Part shown: one piece after another, positions 54,717-64,000 of the stretch | Position numbering within the stretch: the stretch's first letter is position 1 | Layout of the letters: every line of letters begins with the position of its first letter | Source of the DNA: Histomonas meleagridis 2922-C6/04-290x | Taxonomy: Eukaryota; Protista; Parabasalia | Assembly (NCBI GenBank): GCA_020184695.1 | Contig: JAANOX010000070.1 | Span: forward strand, 186,001-250,000 | DNA: 64,000 bases | Direction: 5' to 3' | Notes under the pieces: generated by a model | The model's input: the letters and a program-made list of their open reading frames with translations, nothing else | The model's database searches: none | What the model was told of the DNA's origin: nothing | Made by a program: the position numbers and the translations under genes

Positions 54717-57099
54717 TTAAACATTCTTTGAAACCTTTAATTTAGATTGAATTAAATCAACAATTTCAGTGTCATTCCTTTCTTTTGCCATCATTAAAGC
54801 TGTTTTAAATGTTTTCATTAAATTCGAAATTAACAAAGCAAATTTTCATTTAATATTAAAATAAATTGTTTTCTTTTTAATATCAATATCTTTATGCTCC
54901 AATAATAATTTAACTATTTCTATTTGATCATGAAAAACAGCCAAATGAAGTGGTGTGAAAAATTTTTTAAATAAATATAAATTATTTAAAACAAATTTCA
55001 AATCAACAAAACAAATTATAAATTTTTAAGGTGAATTCTAAATTTTTAAAACATGCACATGTTTCATTAACCTTAAGTCCATCTTGTTCCAATAATAATT
55101 TAACAATTTCTATTTGATCTTTATCAACTGCTAAATGAAGCGGAGTAAAAAATTATTTAATTTATCATTAAGTTATCAAATCAAATTGCGTATAATGAAA
55201 ATAAATTTCAATTTGTGAAAACGAACCCAAAATTATTAGAACAAATTCCAAATTATTTAAATGAATTGCAAGTGATTAACAGAAACAGTTCTTTTATTAA
55301 TATCAATTCCTTTTTGCGCTAACAATAATTTAACCATTTCTATATTTCCTTTATTAATTGCCAAGTTAAGTGGTGTATAAAGTTAATAAAATAATCTTTA
55401 TGTGATAAAAATGAACTATAAATACTAAAAATAAACATTAAATTATAAAAACATATTTTAAATTGTTAAATTAAATCGCAAATCACTTAAATAAATTGCA
55501 AATCAGACAATGAAATTCTAAATTAATTAATTAAATCCCATATTAATAAAATAAATAGTTCTTTTATTAATATCAATACCGTTTTGGTCTAACAACAATT
55601 TAACTATTTCCATATTTCCTTTTTCAACTGCTATATGAAGTGCATTATAAAATTATTTAAATAAACCGCAAAGAATTAAAATAAATTTCAAACAATTAAT
55701 ATAAAAATTAGAAATTTAAAACTAATTCCAAATTATTAAAATTTAATCCAAATTATAAAAATATACATAAATCTATAAAAAGAAACATAAAACTATAAAA
55801 AGAAATATTAAATAATAAAAATATACACTAAATTATACAAAGAAATCTTAGATTATTCAAACATACTTCAAATTATTTTAATAAATATCGTTATATTCAA
55901 ATAAATTATAAATTATTAAAACAAATATATCTTGCATTAATATCAATTTCTTTTTGTTCTAATAATAATTTAACTATTTCTATGTTTCCTGATTTAACAC
56001 AATATGGTAATATTGCTTTTGGAATTTGATATTTTCCAATAATATTTTCCATTATAAATGTGTTTCCATTTGCTGCAACTTGTTCAATAATTTTTTCATT
56101 AATTTTCATTCCATTTTGTTCTATAAATGATAAAAGTTCATAATTATTAAATTTTAAACATTTTTTCCCAAGATGAATAAGGTATTCTTCAGGTAAATCA
56201 CATTTATCTTGATTTCCAACATTTTTATCATAAAAATATTTAAAGATTTCATTTCGATGAAATTTAATTGTTGTTTCATATACATCTTCAAATAGTGAAT
56301 TATTTTGTTCACATAAATGAATGATTTCTAAGTTTTTACTTACAACTGCGTATTTTAAAGTGTTTTTTGCATTTGCTTCATTTAATATTAAATATTTAAA
56401 ACATTTTATTGATCCAAAAAATGCTGCATAATCAATTAATGTAACATTTTTTTTGTTAATAAATGAATATTTTTCATAAAGTGATGGTTTTATTGTTTGA
56501 TCAAAATCAAAATTACTTTGTGATGATATTTCTTGAAGTTTTTCTAAATCATCATTTCGAATTATTTTTGCAAGTTCATTTGGATTATGCCCTTCCTCAA
56601 TTAGTTCTTTATGAAGCTTCCAATTATCTTTTGATAGTTCTTCAAGTGCTGAAAAGAATCCCTCAAAGAAATGTGGTTTTGAAGGTTTCTTCTTTAATTC
56701 ACTTATTTCTTCTTTAGTTCTATATTGAGCAAAATATAATGTTTTTATATTCTTTACTTGAATTGGCTCTAATAATTTTTGTTCAATCATTTTTTGTAAA
56801 AGAAATAATGATTCTTGTGTTTCCGATTCCTGTAAATACCGATTAAATATTTGAAGAACATTGGTTGTATTTTTTGTAATTTTTTCTTCTTGAGCATTTA
56901 GAGTGATTAAATATCTAAAAATTAGGTTTTCATTTTTAAGCTGAGAAGAGAAAGTTGAATATATTAAACTGGAAACAAGAAAATTAAATGTACATGGTAA
57001 ACAATTAGCAAATAAATTAATTGTTGACTGGACCGACGTTTCAATGTTTTCTTCTTTGAGATTGAAAATAATGGACTCTAATGAACCAGAAAGATCCAT
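54717..57099 (-). CDS. Locus E: DUF3447-like domain + 5 ankyrin units with long interrupted loops (predicted ~580 aa)
   Basis: ORF from MDLSGSLE (57099) to 55906; cores at 55646, 55376, 55146, 54956 and 54803; terminal TAA at 54719-54717. Confidence 0.8.
54804..55926 (-). repeat. Ankyrin array E: spacers of 280, 180, 140, 100 and 63 nt made of 20-nt modules
   Basis: Loops IDEKSNYYGGNEAY, GRAAKNIKY, AGWEANF, RIEYF, MKRK. Confidence 0.92.
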
Positions 57100-57820
57100 C
57101 AAAAAAGTGACATGGAAATTAAAAGGATTTATCGGTTTCAAGGAATTGTGTATGTTTATAACGAATTTTTGCAAATAATTCAAAGAAGGTTGAGTAAACT
57201 CATTAAAAAGTTGAAATAAAGCATTGAATTATTTTCTTTTCTAAATTTAGAGCTAGCTAGCTACAAATGCTTTGGAATGACAAAATAAAAAAAAATGATA
57301 ATTATAATAAAGTATTTTTCGAATTGAAAATAAAGTGTTTTTACCATGTACTCCCTTCCTTGTTTCAAGGTTATGTAAATATGCTTCAGTCAATGCTATG
57401 CATAAACTGGGGGTGGAAAAAAATCGGTAGTATTGGTTTCACTTTTTGAACGTGATTCTATTAAAACCGATCGAAAAGTGCTGCAATGTGCAAGCCCCCC
57501 CTCTCGATTCGTTAAAATAACTTTTGAATTGATATTTGGTCCTAGGGATTTTTGGAATGGGTTGAAAACATTCATGTATATCCTTATTTTTGAATATTTT
57601 CGAGCATTTGTCGATTATTATAGAAATTAACTTTAATTAGAATGATCAAAATGATGGTAAAATATTGGATTCTAACTTTTTTAATGAGATTTTTTCATTT
57701 TTTTTAAGAATATTTTGAACACTTTTTATTCCAAATGCTTTGAAAATTCTATGCATTACTTACACTTTTTGATCAATGTTTTCAAAGCCATTGTATAGTT
57801 TACATTACTTTAATCATTGA

Positions 57821-58690
57821 TTGGTTCAAGGCTTCACGATGACAGAAAATTTTAATATTATCAAAGAAAGGACCAACTCTTTTGTTTTATCATTATTTTT
57901 AGTTATTGTTATTGCATATGTGTTAATTATTACTTATCGTACAAATAAAGTCATGACTCTCAGTTTGACACCAGTTCAAAGTTATTGGAGTCGTATGCTT
58001 TTTCGAGTAATTTCCTTATTTTACTTTCTTTTTGTCTTGCATGAAGTCCTTAATTATTTCTTAAGGGTCGATAAAGATAGTTTGAGTAAAGATGAAACAG
58101 TATTCATATTAGAAAGTCCTACCGCACAAATACTTTTTATTTTAATCGGCATCACTCTTGGTTTTTCCTTTCATGATTTCAGGAATTTAACTAGACCAAA
58201 AATCCAAATGATCAAAAACGCCTGGTATTATTTCTCCGGGGTGTTTGTGGTAGTTGCGTATGTATTAACATACATTATCCCAATCATTAATTCAAAAAGG
58301 AAAATTGTATTTTACATATTTTACATGATAGTAATTTATTCGATGTGGATCATATTTCTGTTCTTTCATATCTTCAATTTCTTCAGAATTGTTTTTAAGA
58401 GTAATTGTTACGAGCAAGAAAAAACAAGGTTTAAAGTTGCGTTTGGACACTTACTTTCAATTTTTATTTTTTTCACATTTTCGTTTTTCTTTGGATTCTG
58501 CTTTTATAAGAACACTGTATATAGGAAAAAAATCTTAAACTGGGTTTTCTTTTTCCAGGGACTTTGTGCGGGATTAATTCAAGATGTGATTGATTGGATG
58601 ATCAAATGGGTATACCCAAATGAATCATGCAAGCAAATGATTATCAGAGAAGATGATGAAAGCACTTTAAATGAACCAATTCTTGCATAA
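57821..58690 (+). CDS. Multi-pass (about 6-7 TM) membrane protein of unknown function
   Basis: Alternating hydrophobic segments across 289 aa; 5' end uncertain. Confidence 0.6.
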   Translation: MVQGFTMTENFNIIKERTNSFVLSLFLVIVIAYVLIITYRTNKVMTLSLTPVQSYWSRMLFRVISLFYFLFVLHEVLNYFLRVDKDSLSKDETVFILESPTAQILFILIGITLGFSFHDFRNLTRPKIQMIKNAWYYFSGVFVVVAYVLTYIIPIINSKRKIVFYIFYMIVIYSMWIIFLFFHIFNFFRIVFKSNCYEQEKTRFKVAFGHLLSIFIFFTFSFFFGFCFYKNTVYRKKILNWVFFFQGLCAGLIQDVIDWMIKWVYPNESCKQMIIREDDESTLNEPILA

Positions 58691-58945
58691 ATAAAATATT
58701 TGTTGATATATTTCAGTTCATCATTTTCCTTATGCTAAAGTTAATTAACGAATTCCCACTGGCTATTACAATGCTTATATCTTCAGTGCGGATAAGTATA
58801 AATTTCTCAATCAAGTTATATTTGATAATATTTTCATCATTTGTCAATCCTTGATACCAAACACAAATATCCTCAAAGCTGGTTTTGAGTTTTTGATTTT
58901 TTCATTGCAAAATTATATTAAATTCAAAAATATATTTATTGTCAA

Positions 58946-59542
58946 TCAGGACAAATTACATAAAGATTTCGTTTCTTTTTGGTTGTTATCTTGCTTCTTT
59001 TTTTGTGGATCATTTATATGAATTTGGTAAATTCTGGTGACCAAATATGAAAATGATCCATGAACATTAATATTTTTGAGAGATGATGTTTCAAAGAAAA
59101 TGAGATTTTCTTTGTTACTGAACTCAATTCCTTCTTCAATCGAAATATTTCGAGTTTCCTCAAGATCACATTTCGATCCGATTAACATAATAACAACTTC
59201 AGGATCAGCAAGTTCACGAACATGGTCAAGCCATGTCGAAAGTTCCTTGAATGATTTCCTATTTGTGATGTCATAAAGAAGAATTATTCCATAAGCACCA
59301 CGATAATAAATAGGAGAAGGTAGCCTAAAATATTCCCCTTGGTATATGTCCCACAATTGTGCAGTAACAGATTTGCCTTCAATTTGCATTTTTTTTGTTA
59401 CATATGCAGCACCAATTGGAAGATATTGATTTTTTTGCATTTCATTATCAATACGAGAAATAAAACTAGTCTTTCCAACGTTGCTATTACCAGCCATTGA
59501 AATCTTGAAAATAAAGTCTGATTCTTGGTTGTCTGCTTTCAA
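58946..59542 (-). CDS. Divergent Rab-family small GTPase
   Basis: GNSNVGKTS, QLWD, YYRGAYG, LIGSKCDL, FFETSS and a C-terminal Cys; start uncertain. Confidence 0.85.
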   Translation of the reverse strand: MKADNQESDFIFKISMAGNSNVGKTSFISRIDNEMQKNQYLPIGAAYVTKKMQIEGKSVTAQLWDIYQGEYFRLPSPIYYRGAYGIILLYDITNRKSFKELSTWLDHVRELADPEVVIMLIGSKCDLEETRNISIEEGIEFSNKENLIFFETSSLKNINVHGSFSYLVTRIYQIHINDPQKKKQDNNQKETKSLCNLS

Positions 59543-59902
59543 AGTGCTTGTTTATCAAATCTATGAAACTCAGACTCTTGTCATTGCAAAAAACATGTAT
59601 ATAACATAAAACATATTTTACTAAATTTTAAAGTAAATTACTTATGTTAAATCACATATGTCATTATTTAATTATTTTCCAAATGCAATTAACATTCATT
59701 TTTCCCCATTACCTGATATGGTAAAACATGAATGTGAGTTATTGCTTGAACGAAAAACTCTCTAAAAACGTTACAAATATTCGATAACAAATTAATTTGT
59801 CAAACACATATTTCGAAACAAAAGTCCATTTTAGCAATAATATCACAAACAAAAACAATTTTTTCATAAATTTGTTTTATTGGGTAACGTTAACTCGTTA
59901 TT

Positions 59903-62002
59903 TTAGTGACTTCGAATCTTTTCGATAATCTTGGGGATACTATACTGCTCAGCCAACTCTGCTTCTATCTCATAGTTATCTATTGGTGGTATTTGGCTTG
60001 TGAATCCTAACCAATCTTCGTCGTCAGAGCTTTCGTAACTTTGTTCGTCATCGGCGTTTTCTTGATTCGTTTGGTATTGTGGCTTGTTAACATTGGAGTT
60101 CTTGATTGAATCCGATGGAACTTGGATTGATTGATTACCTTCGTTGATCTTCTCGACTTGACTCTTGAATTCGTTGAGGTTGTCAATTGATATTGTATTC
60201 TTACTTAACATTTCATACATTTCGTAGGTTGGGAATGGGAAGTGTAATGGCTTGCCGCGTTGTAACAAAGTAGAAAACAGTTTCTTAAATGCACTTGCAT
60301 TTAATATTCCATTGTTCCTGAAATCAACATACTCGATGTGACGATTTGCCATTAATACTTCTCCTAAGACTTCTAAAACCTTTTCATCGAATTGGTTATT
60401 GCTGATATCAATTTTCTTGATTTGACGGTTATCATTCTTTAATGAATTAAGGACTTGGATTAATGCTTGCGATGAAAGCTTCTTGTTTGCTGTACCTGAA
60501 AGTCTTAAATCAGTGATTGTTTTAGTGGATGATATAAATTGACATAAGTTTTGGAATGTTATACCTTCACTTCCGTCAAAGCAGCCATTTAATGACAACA
60601 GTGTTAATGGTTGGCAGCAATCTAAGAAAGAAAAGAACAAAGGAAAGACTTGATTTTCTTCCCAATAAAGACCTTGTAAGTTGAATGTTTGTCCCTCCTC
60701 ATAAATTTGAGAGAGAACTTTTTGAAAACTTTGCCATTTTGACTCAGAAATTTTGAATCGATTGAGGCTGACCGATATTGGTAACGGGCTCTTTAACACC
60801 AATTTGAAGAATAAACTTTCGAATGAATTTCCCTTGAAGTCGACATCGTTAAGAATCAAAGTTGTGATATTGTTTGATAAAATGATTTGTTTCTTAAAGG
60901 AACTCTTAAATCTATTACCAGAAAAGTCGAGTGTTGAAATCATTAAATCTTGGTTATTTGATAATGATGAAATTATTGATGACAAATCGAAATCAGAATT
61001 AATGATACCAAATCGTTGTAGGTTTGGTATTGTCCTGATAACCTTAAGGACATCAATATATTCAACATGATCAACGATAAAGCTTTTGAGTGACTGAACA
61101 TTAGATAATCCACTGCATAAAAGATCAAATGTATGCTTGTTGATACTGCGAACAATGGTGAGACTTTGGATCTCACGCTTTTGGACTATGGAGATAATGG
61201 TGGAAATGTCAGCATCCGAAATTTTAGGGCATGAAAAAGTGACACTTTTGAGGCGCTTGTGTTTACTCTTCTCAAGTTCGGCGAGGAACTCGCTGAAATG
61301 AGAGTCGATCTTTTCGGATGTAATGAAGGTGTCGACATATTGCGAGTTTGCAAGAAAATGTCCAATTTCTTGCCAATGAGAATTTTCAGATGTTGGGACT
61401 TCAAGTGATGTAACCGTTGGAACAACGGACAAGGAGTCCAATAATGAAGCATAGTAATGATGAATAGCAATTTGACTGACATCAAGATTGGTTTTACCAG
61501 ATTTTAAGAAATCTTGATAAGTGTTAAGAAGATCTTCTGGAGTGGTTGGTCGTTCGGTATAAAGCCTGGCTCGTAAACGAGAAACCCCTCGAAGAGGTGA
61601 AAGTTTACTATCATCAAGTGAAGAATACTTGGATATTGTGATGGTGGGCATTTCGCTTTTGGTTAAAATTTGTTGAAGATGAGGCACGATCCTTTTAAGG
61701 ATTACATCTGTGGAATCAGATGAAAAGGTTATATTTTCATCAACAAATGAAAAAGATAATGTTTTCGTAGATGGGGCTTCTAATTTCTTCAACTCAAACC
61801 AAGTATGCCTTTTGCTTGGTTTAGGAAGTTTAGAGAATGCCTTTGTCTTGTATAGAGAAAATGAAGATTCTGTGAGAACAAGAACTCGCTTTTCCTTCCT
61901 ATGGTTCGAACTTATCTTTTCAACCCAGCGAGCATCAATGACATTTTCTGTCCTTCCTTTCATGATCTCTTTAAGATGGGCTTCAACCTCCTTATCAACC
62001 AT
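59903..62002 (-). CDS. CARMIL-like protein (PH-like N-terminus + RNase-inhibitor-type LRRs)
   Basis: KRVLVLTESSFSLYK PH-like start; LxxLDFSGN, LSLNGC and IDISNNQF LRRs. Confidence 0.65.
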   Translation of the reverse strand: MVDKEVEAHLKEIMKGRTENVIDARWVEKISSNHRKEKRVLVLTESSFSLYKTKAFSKLPKPSKRHTWFELKKLEAPSTKTLSFSFVDENITFSSDSTDVILKRIVPHLQQILTKSEMPTITISKYSSLDDSKLSPLRGVSRLRARLYTERPTTPEDLLNTYQDFLKSGKTNLDVSQIAIHHYYASLLDSLSVVPTVTSLEVPTSENSHWQEIGHFLANSQYVDTFITSEKIDSHFSEFLAELEKSKHKRLKSVTFSCPKISDADISTIISIVQKREIQSLTIVRSINKHTFDLLCSGLSNVQSLKSFIVDHVEYIDVLKVIRTIPNLQRFGIINSDFDLSSIISSLSNNQDLMISTLDFSGNRFKSSFKKQIILSNNITTLILNDVDFKGNSFESLFFKLVLKSPLPISVSLNRFKISESKWQSFQKVLSQIYEEGQTFNLQGLYWEENQVFPLFFSFLDCCQPLTLLSLNGCFDGSEGITFQNLCQFISSTKTITDLRLSGTANKKLSSQALIQVLNSLKNDNRQIKKIDISNNQFDEKVLEVLGEVLMANRHIEYVDFRNNGILNASAFKKLFSTLLQRGKPLHFPFPTYEMYEMLSKNTISIDNLNEFKSQVEKINEGNQSIQVPSDSIKNSNVNKPQYQTNQENADDEQSYESSDDEDWLGFTSQIPPIDNYEIEAELAEQYSIPKIIEKIRSH

Positions 62003-62945
62003 TATTTAAATATATATTTAAACTTTTCAATTTTGAACACTTTATTTCACTTTATCAAATAACAAGTTCAAAAATCTAAAAAAAATACCATCCACAATTT
62101 CTAATTAAATTCTATAATAATAATTTAGAATAAATACTGTAATTTTATAATTGATCTTATCTATGCAATATTGGTATAAAAAAGTAATAGTTTCAAGTAA
62201 TAAATTTATTTTGTTCCATTCGGGATAAAGTATTGAATACCATACGATTGAAAATAATTTGATAGAGCGGTTCCTTCAATAATTTGACTCGAATGAAAAA
62301 TTGAGTTACTGAGAAAAATATTTATAATGACATCATATAGTAAATTATTGTGAATGATAATTTAAATATATTATCAATATATATAAGTGAACATTGATGC
62401 GATGCAATTTTATATTTGACTCCATTTTTCGTCATAATAAGTTAAATTTTAAATCGATCGTTGCCAATCTGCCAAATCATCAAATCTAAAATTGACATTA
62501 TCGTCTTAGCTTTTTGATATATTTATTATATGAACTGACAAAATCCCTTTACACAAATCACTTTTTTCAGTAAAAAAGTGGCGTTTTTATATTCGTTACT
62601 TTTTGTAAACCATGCAAATATTCTGAACGTTTTGCAAATTTGAATTATAATTTTAATAAGCTTTCAAAAATTTCTGACAGAGATTTGACAACCATGAGTC
62701 GGCTATTTATCGACAATTTGATTTTTTCATTATCCCAGTTATCAATATTTTTTCCAGGTGTCAAAGACTTTTATCTGGTGAATAAAGCATGAATTAACGA
62801 ATTTTAGATAAATTGAAATTCCAGGGTACGTTTATGAATGAAATTATCACCTTTGAAAAGTGGTCTGAAAACATTAACGAACTCTCTATCAAATTCCTAT
62901 CGTTTCTATTTTGTGCAACATAATTGAGAAAGTTTGGTTAATTTG

Positions 62946-64000
62946 ATGACAAGGCAACAACAAGCAGATCCATCCTTCGTTTTAAACTTTTTTATAGAAG
63001 AACTAAATAGCGACAATGTAAATCACCGCCTCTTTGCAGCAAACAACATATCTTTAGTAGCTGCTGCAATGGGCCCTGAACACGCAAGGAATGAATTGAT
63101 GCAATATTTAATGTCAGCTAACCAGCTTGATGGAGAGGTTCAGATGTATCTTGCAAGCTGCTTTGGATCTTTAATTAAATATGTTGGCGGTCCTGAATAT
63201 TGCCATGTTTTACTTGGTCCACTAAAAGTTTTAGCATCAGCTGAAGAATCCATAGTTCGTGATAAAGCAATAGAAAGTATGGGAGTTGTTTGTGAATCAA
63301 TTCCACAAGCAAATGCTGATTCTAATCTTATGTCAACATGCAAAGATCTTGCAAACGCAGAATTTTTTACAGCACGATCATCAGCATGTGCTTTTGCCAT
63401 CAAAGTTTACTCCAAAGTCAATGATTCGAATAAGGCAATTTTAAGAACAATTTATAAAGGGTTATGCAAAGATGAAACTCCAATGGTTCGCCGTAGCGCC
63501 CTCAAATATCTTCCACAACTTTGTGAATTCCTTCCACCAAATATTATCATTGGTGAAATTGCAAAAGATATTCTTTCAGCTGCTGTCAATGATGACGAAG
63601 ATTCAGTTCGTCTGCTTGTTCCAGCCACACTTTCTGTTATATCTGGCAAACTTAATGAGAATGATAGAAATGCTTTAATAATTTCTCTCCTCAAAATTAT
63701 CATAAAGGATGGAAGCTGGAGAGTACGGTCTTCACTTGCTAATGAGCTTCCAGCAATTTCTAAGCCATTTACAGCCGAAGTTATTATGAATGAGATATGT
63801 CCAATCCTCTTCCGTTTGATGCGTGATCCTGAAGCCGAAACCAAAGCCACTTCTGTCAAAACTGTTTCAGGGATTCTTCCTTTACTTAAAGGGAATGAAT
63901 CATTTATTGCAGATAAGTTCATTCCAGAATTTTCTAATCTTGCCAAAGATGGCGCTCCCCAAGTCAGACGAGAAGTTTCACTCCGTCTTATGGAGTTAGC
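62946..64000 (+). CDS. PPP2R1A: PP2A scaffold subunit A (HEAT repeats), truncated by the window end
   Basis: Manual translation from ATG 62946: FIEELNSDNVNHRL..AAAMGPEHARNEL..YVGGPEYCHVLLGPL..EESIVRDKA..TPMVRRSA. Confidence 0.9.
   Translation, partial: MTRQQQADPSFVLNFFIEELNSDNVNHRLFAANNISLVAAAMGPEHARNELMQYLMSANQLDGEVQMYLASCFGSLIKYVGGPEYCHVLLGPLKVLASAEESIVRDKAIESMGVVCESIPQANADSNLMSTCKDLANAEFFTARSSACAFAIKVYSKVNDSNKAILRTIYKGLCKDETPMVRRSALKYLPQLCEFLPPNIIIGEIAKDILSAAVNDDEDSVRLLVPATLSVISGKLNENDRNALIISLLKIIIKDGSWRVRSSLANELPAISKPFTAEVIMNEICPILFRLMRDPEAETKATSVKTVSGILPLLKGNESFIADKFIPEFSNLAKDGAPQVRREVSLRLMEL

Overview
Very AT-rich, gene-dense eukaryotic DNA. The BspA-type LRR surface proteins, DUF3447-like/ankyrin family, TCAYT Inr-like motifs before ATGs and a 23-nt GT-AG intron point to a parabasalid (Histomonas/Tritrichomonas-like; this is inference). 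Housekeeping genes include RPS25, coactosin, PITP, a Sec7 ARF-GEF, a STE20 kinase, PDE6D, a Rab, a CARMIL-like LRR protein, the PP2A-A scaffold, a SAPS-like gene and tRNA-Thr(TGT). Accessory content includes BspA genes, a mucin-like surface protein, a CatSper-gamma-like protein and a broken tyrosine-recombinase gene inside 50-bp inverted repeats. Main discovery: five DUF3447-like genes appear to stop early but continue as arrays of stop-free 29-30-codon ankyrin cores. The AT-rich spacers between cores are built from 20-nt modules, each a 17-nt non-GT-AG element followed by ONE codon. Deleting the ~147 17-nt elements I could parse by hand restores the missing ankyrin beta-hairpin loops (e.g. 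KD-KDGK-TAL, KD-EYGN-TPI, KD-KYGV-TPL, QN-NLGQ-TAL) and continuous reading frames, including fusion to a 502-aa downstream ORF. This looks like an undescribed way of interrupting and decoding genes (ultra-short non-canonical introns around 3-nt exons, or an equivalent skipping mechanism). All parsing was manual; removal of the elements in RNA has not been shown.
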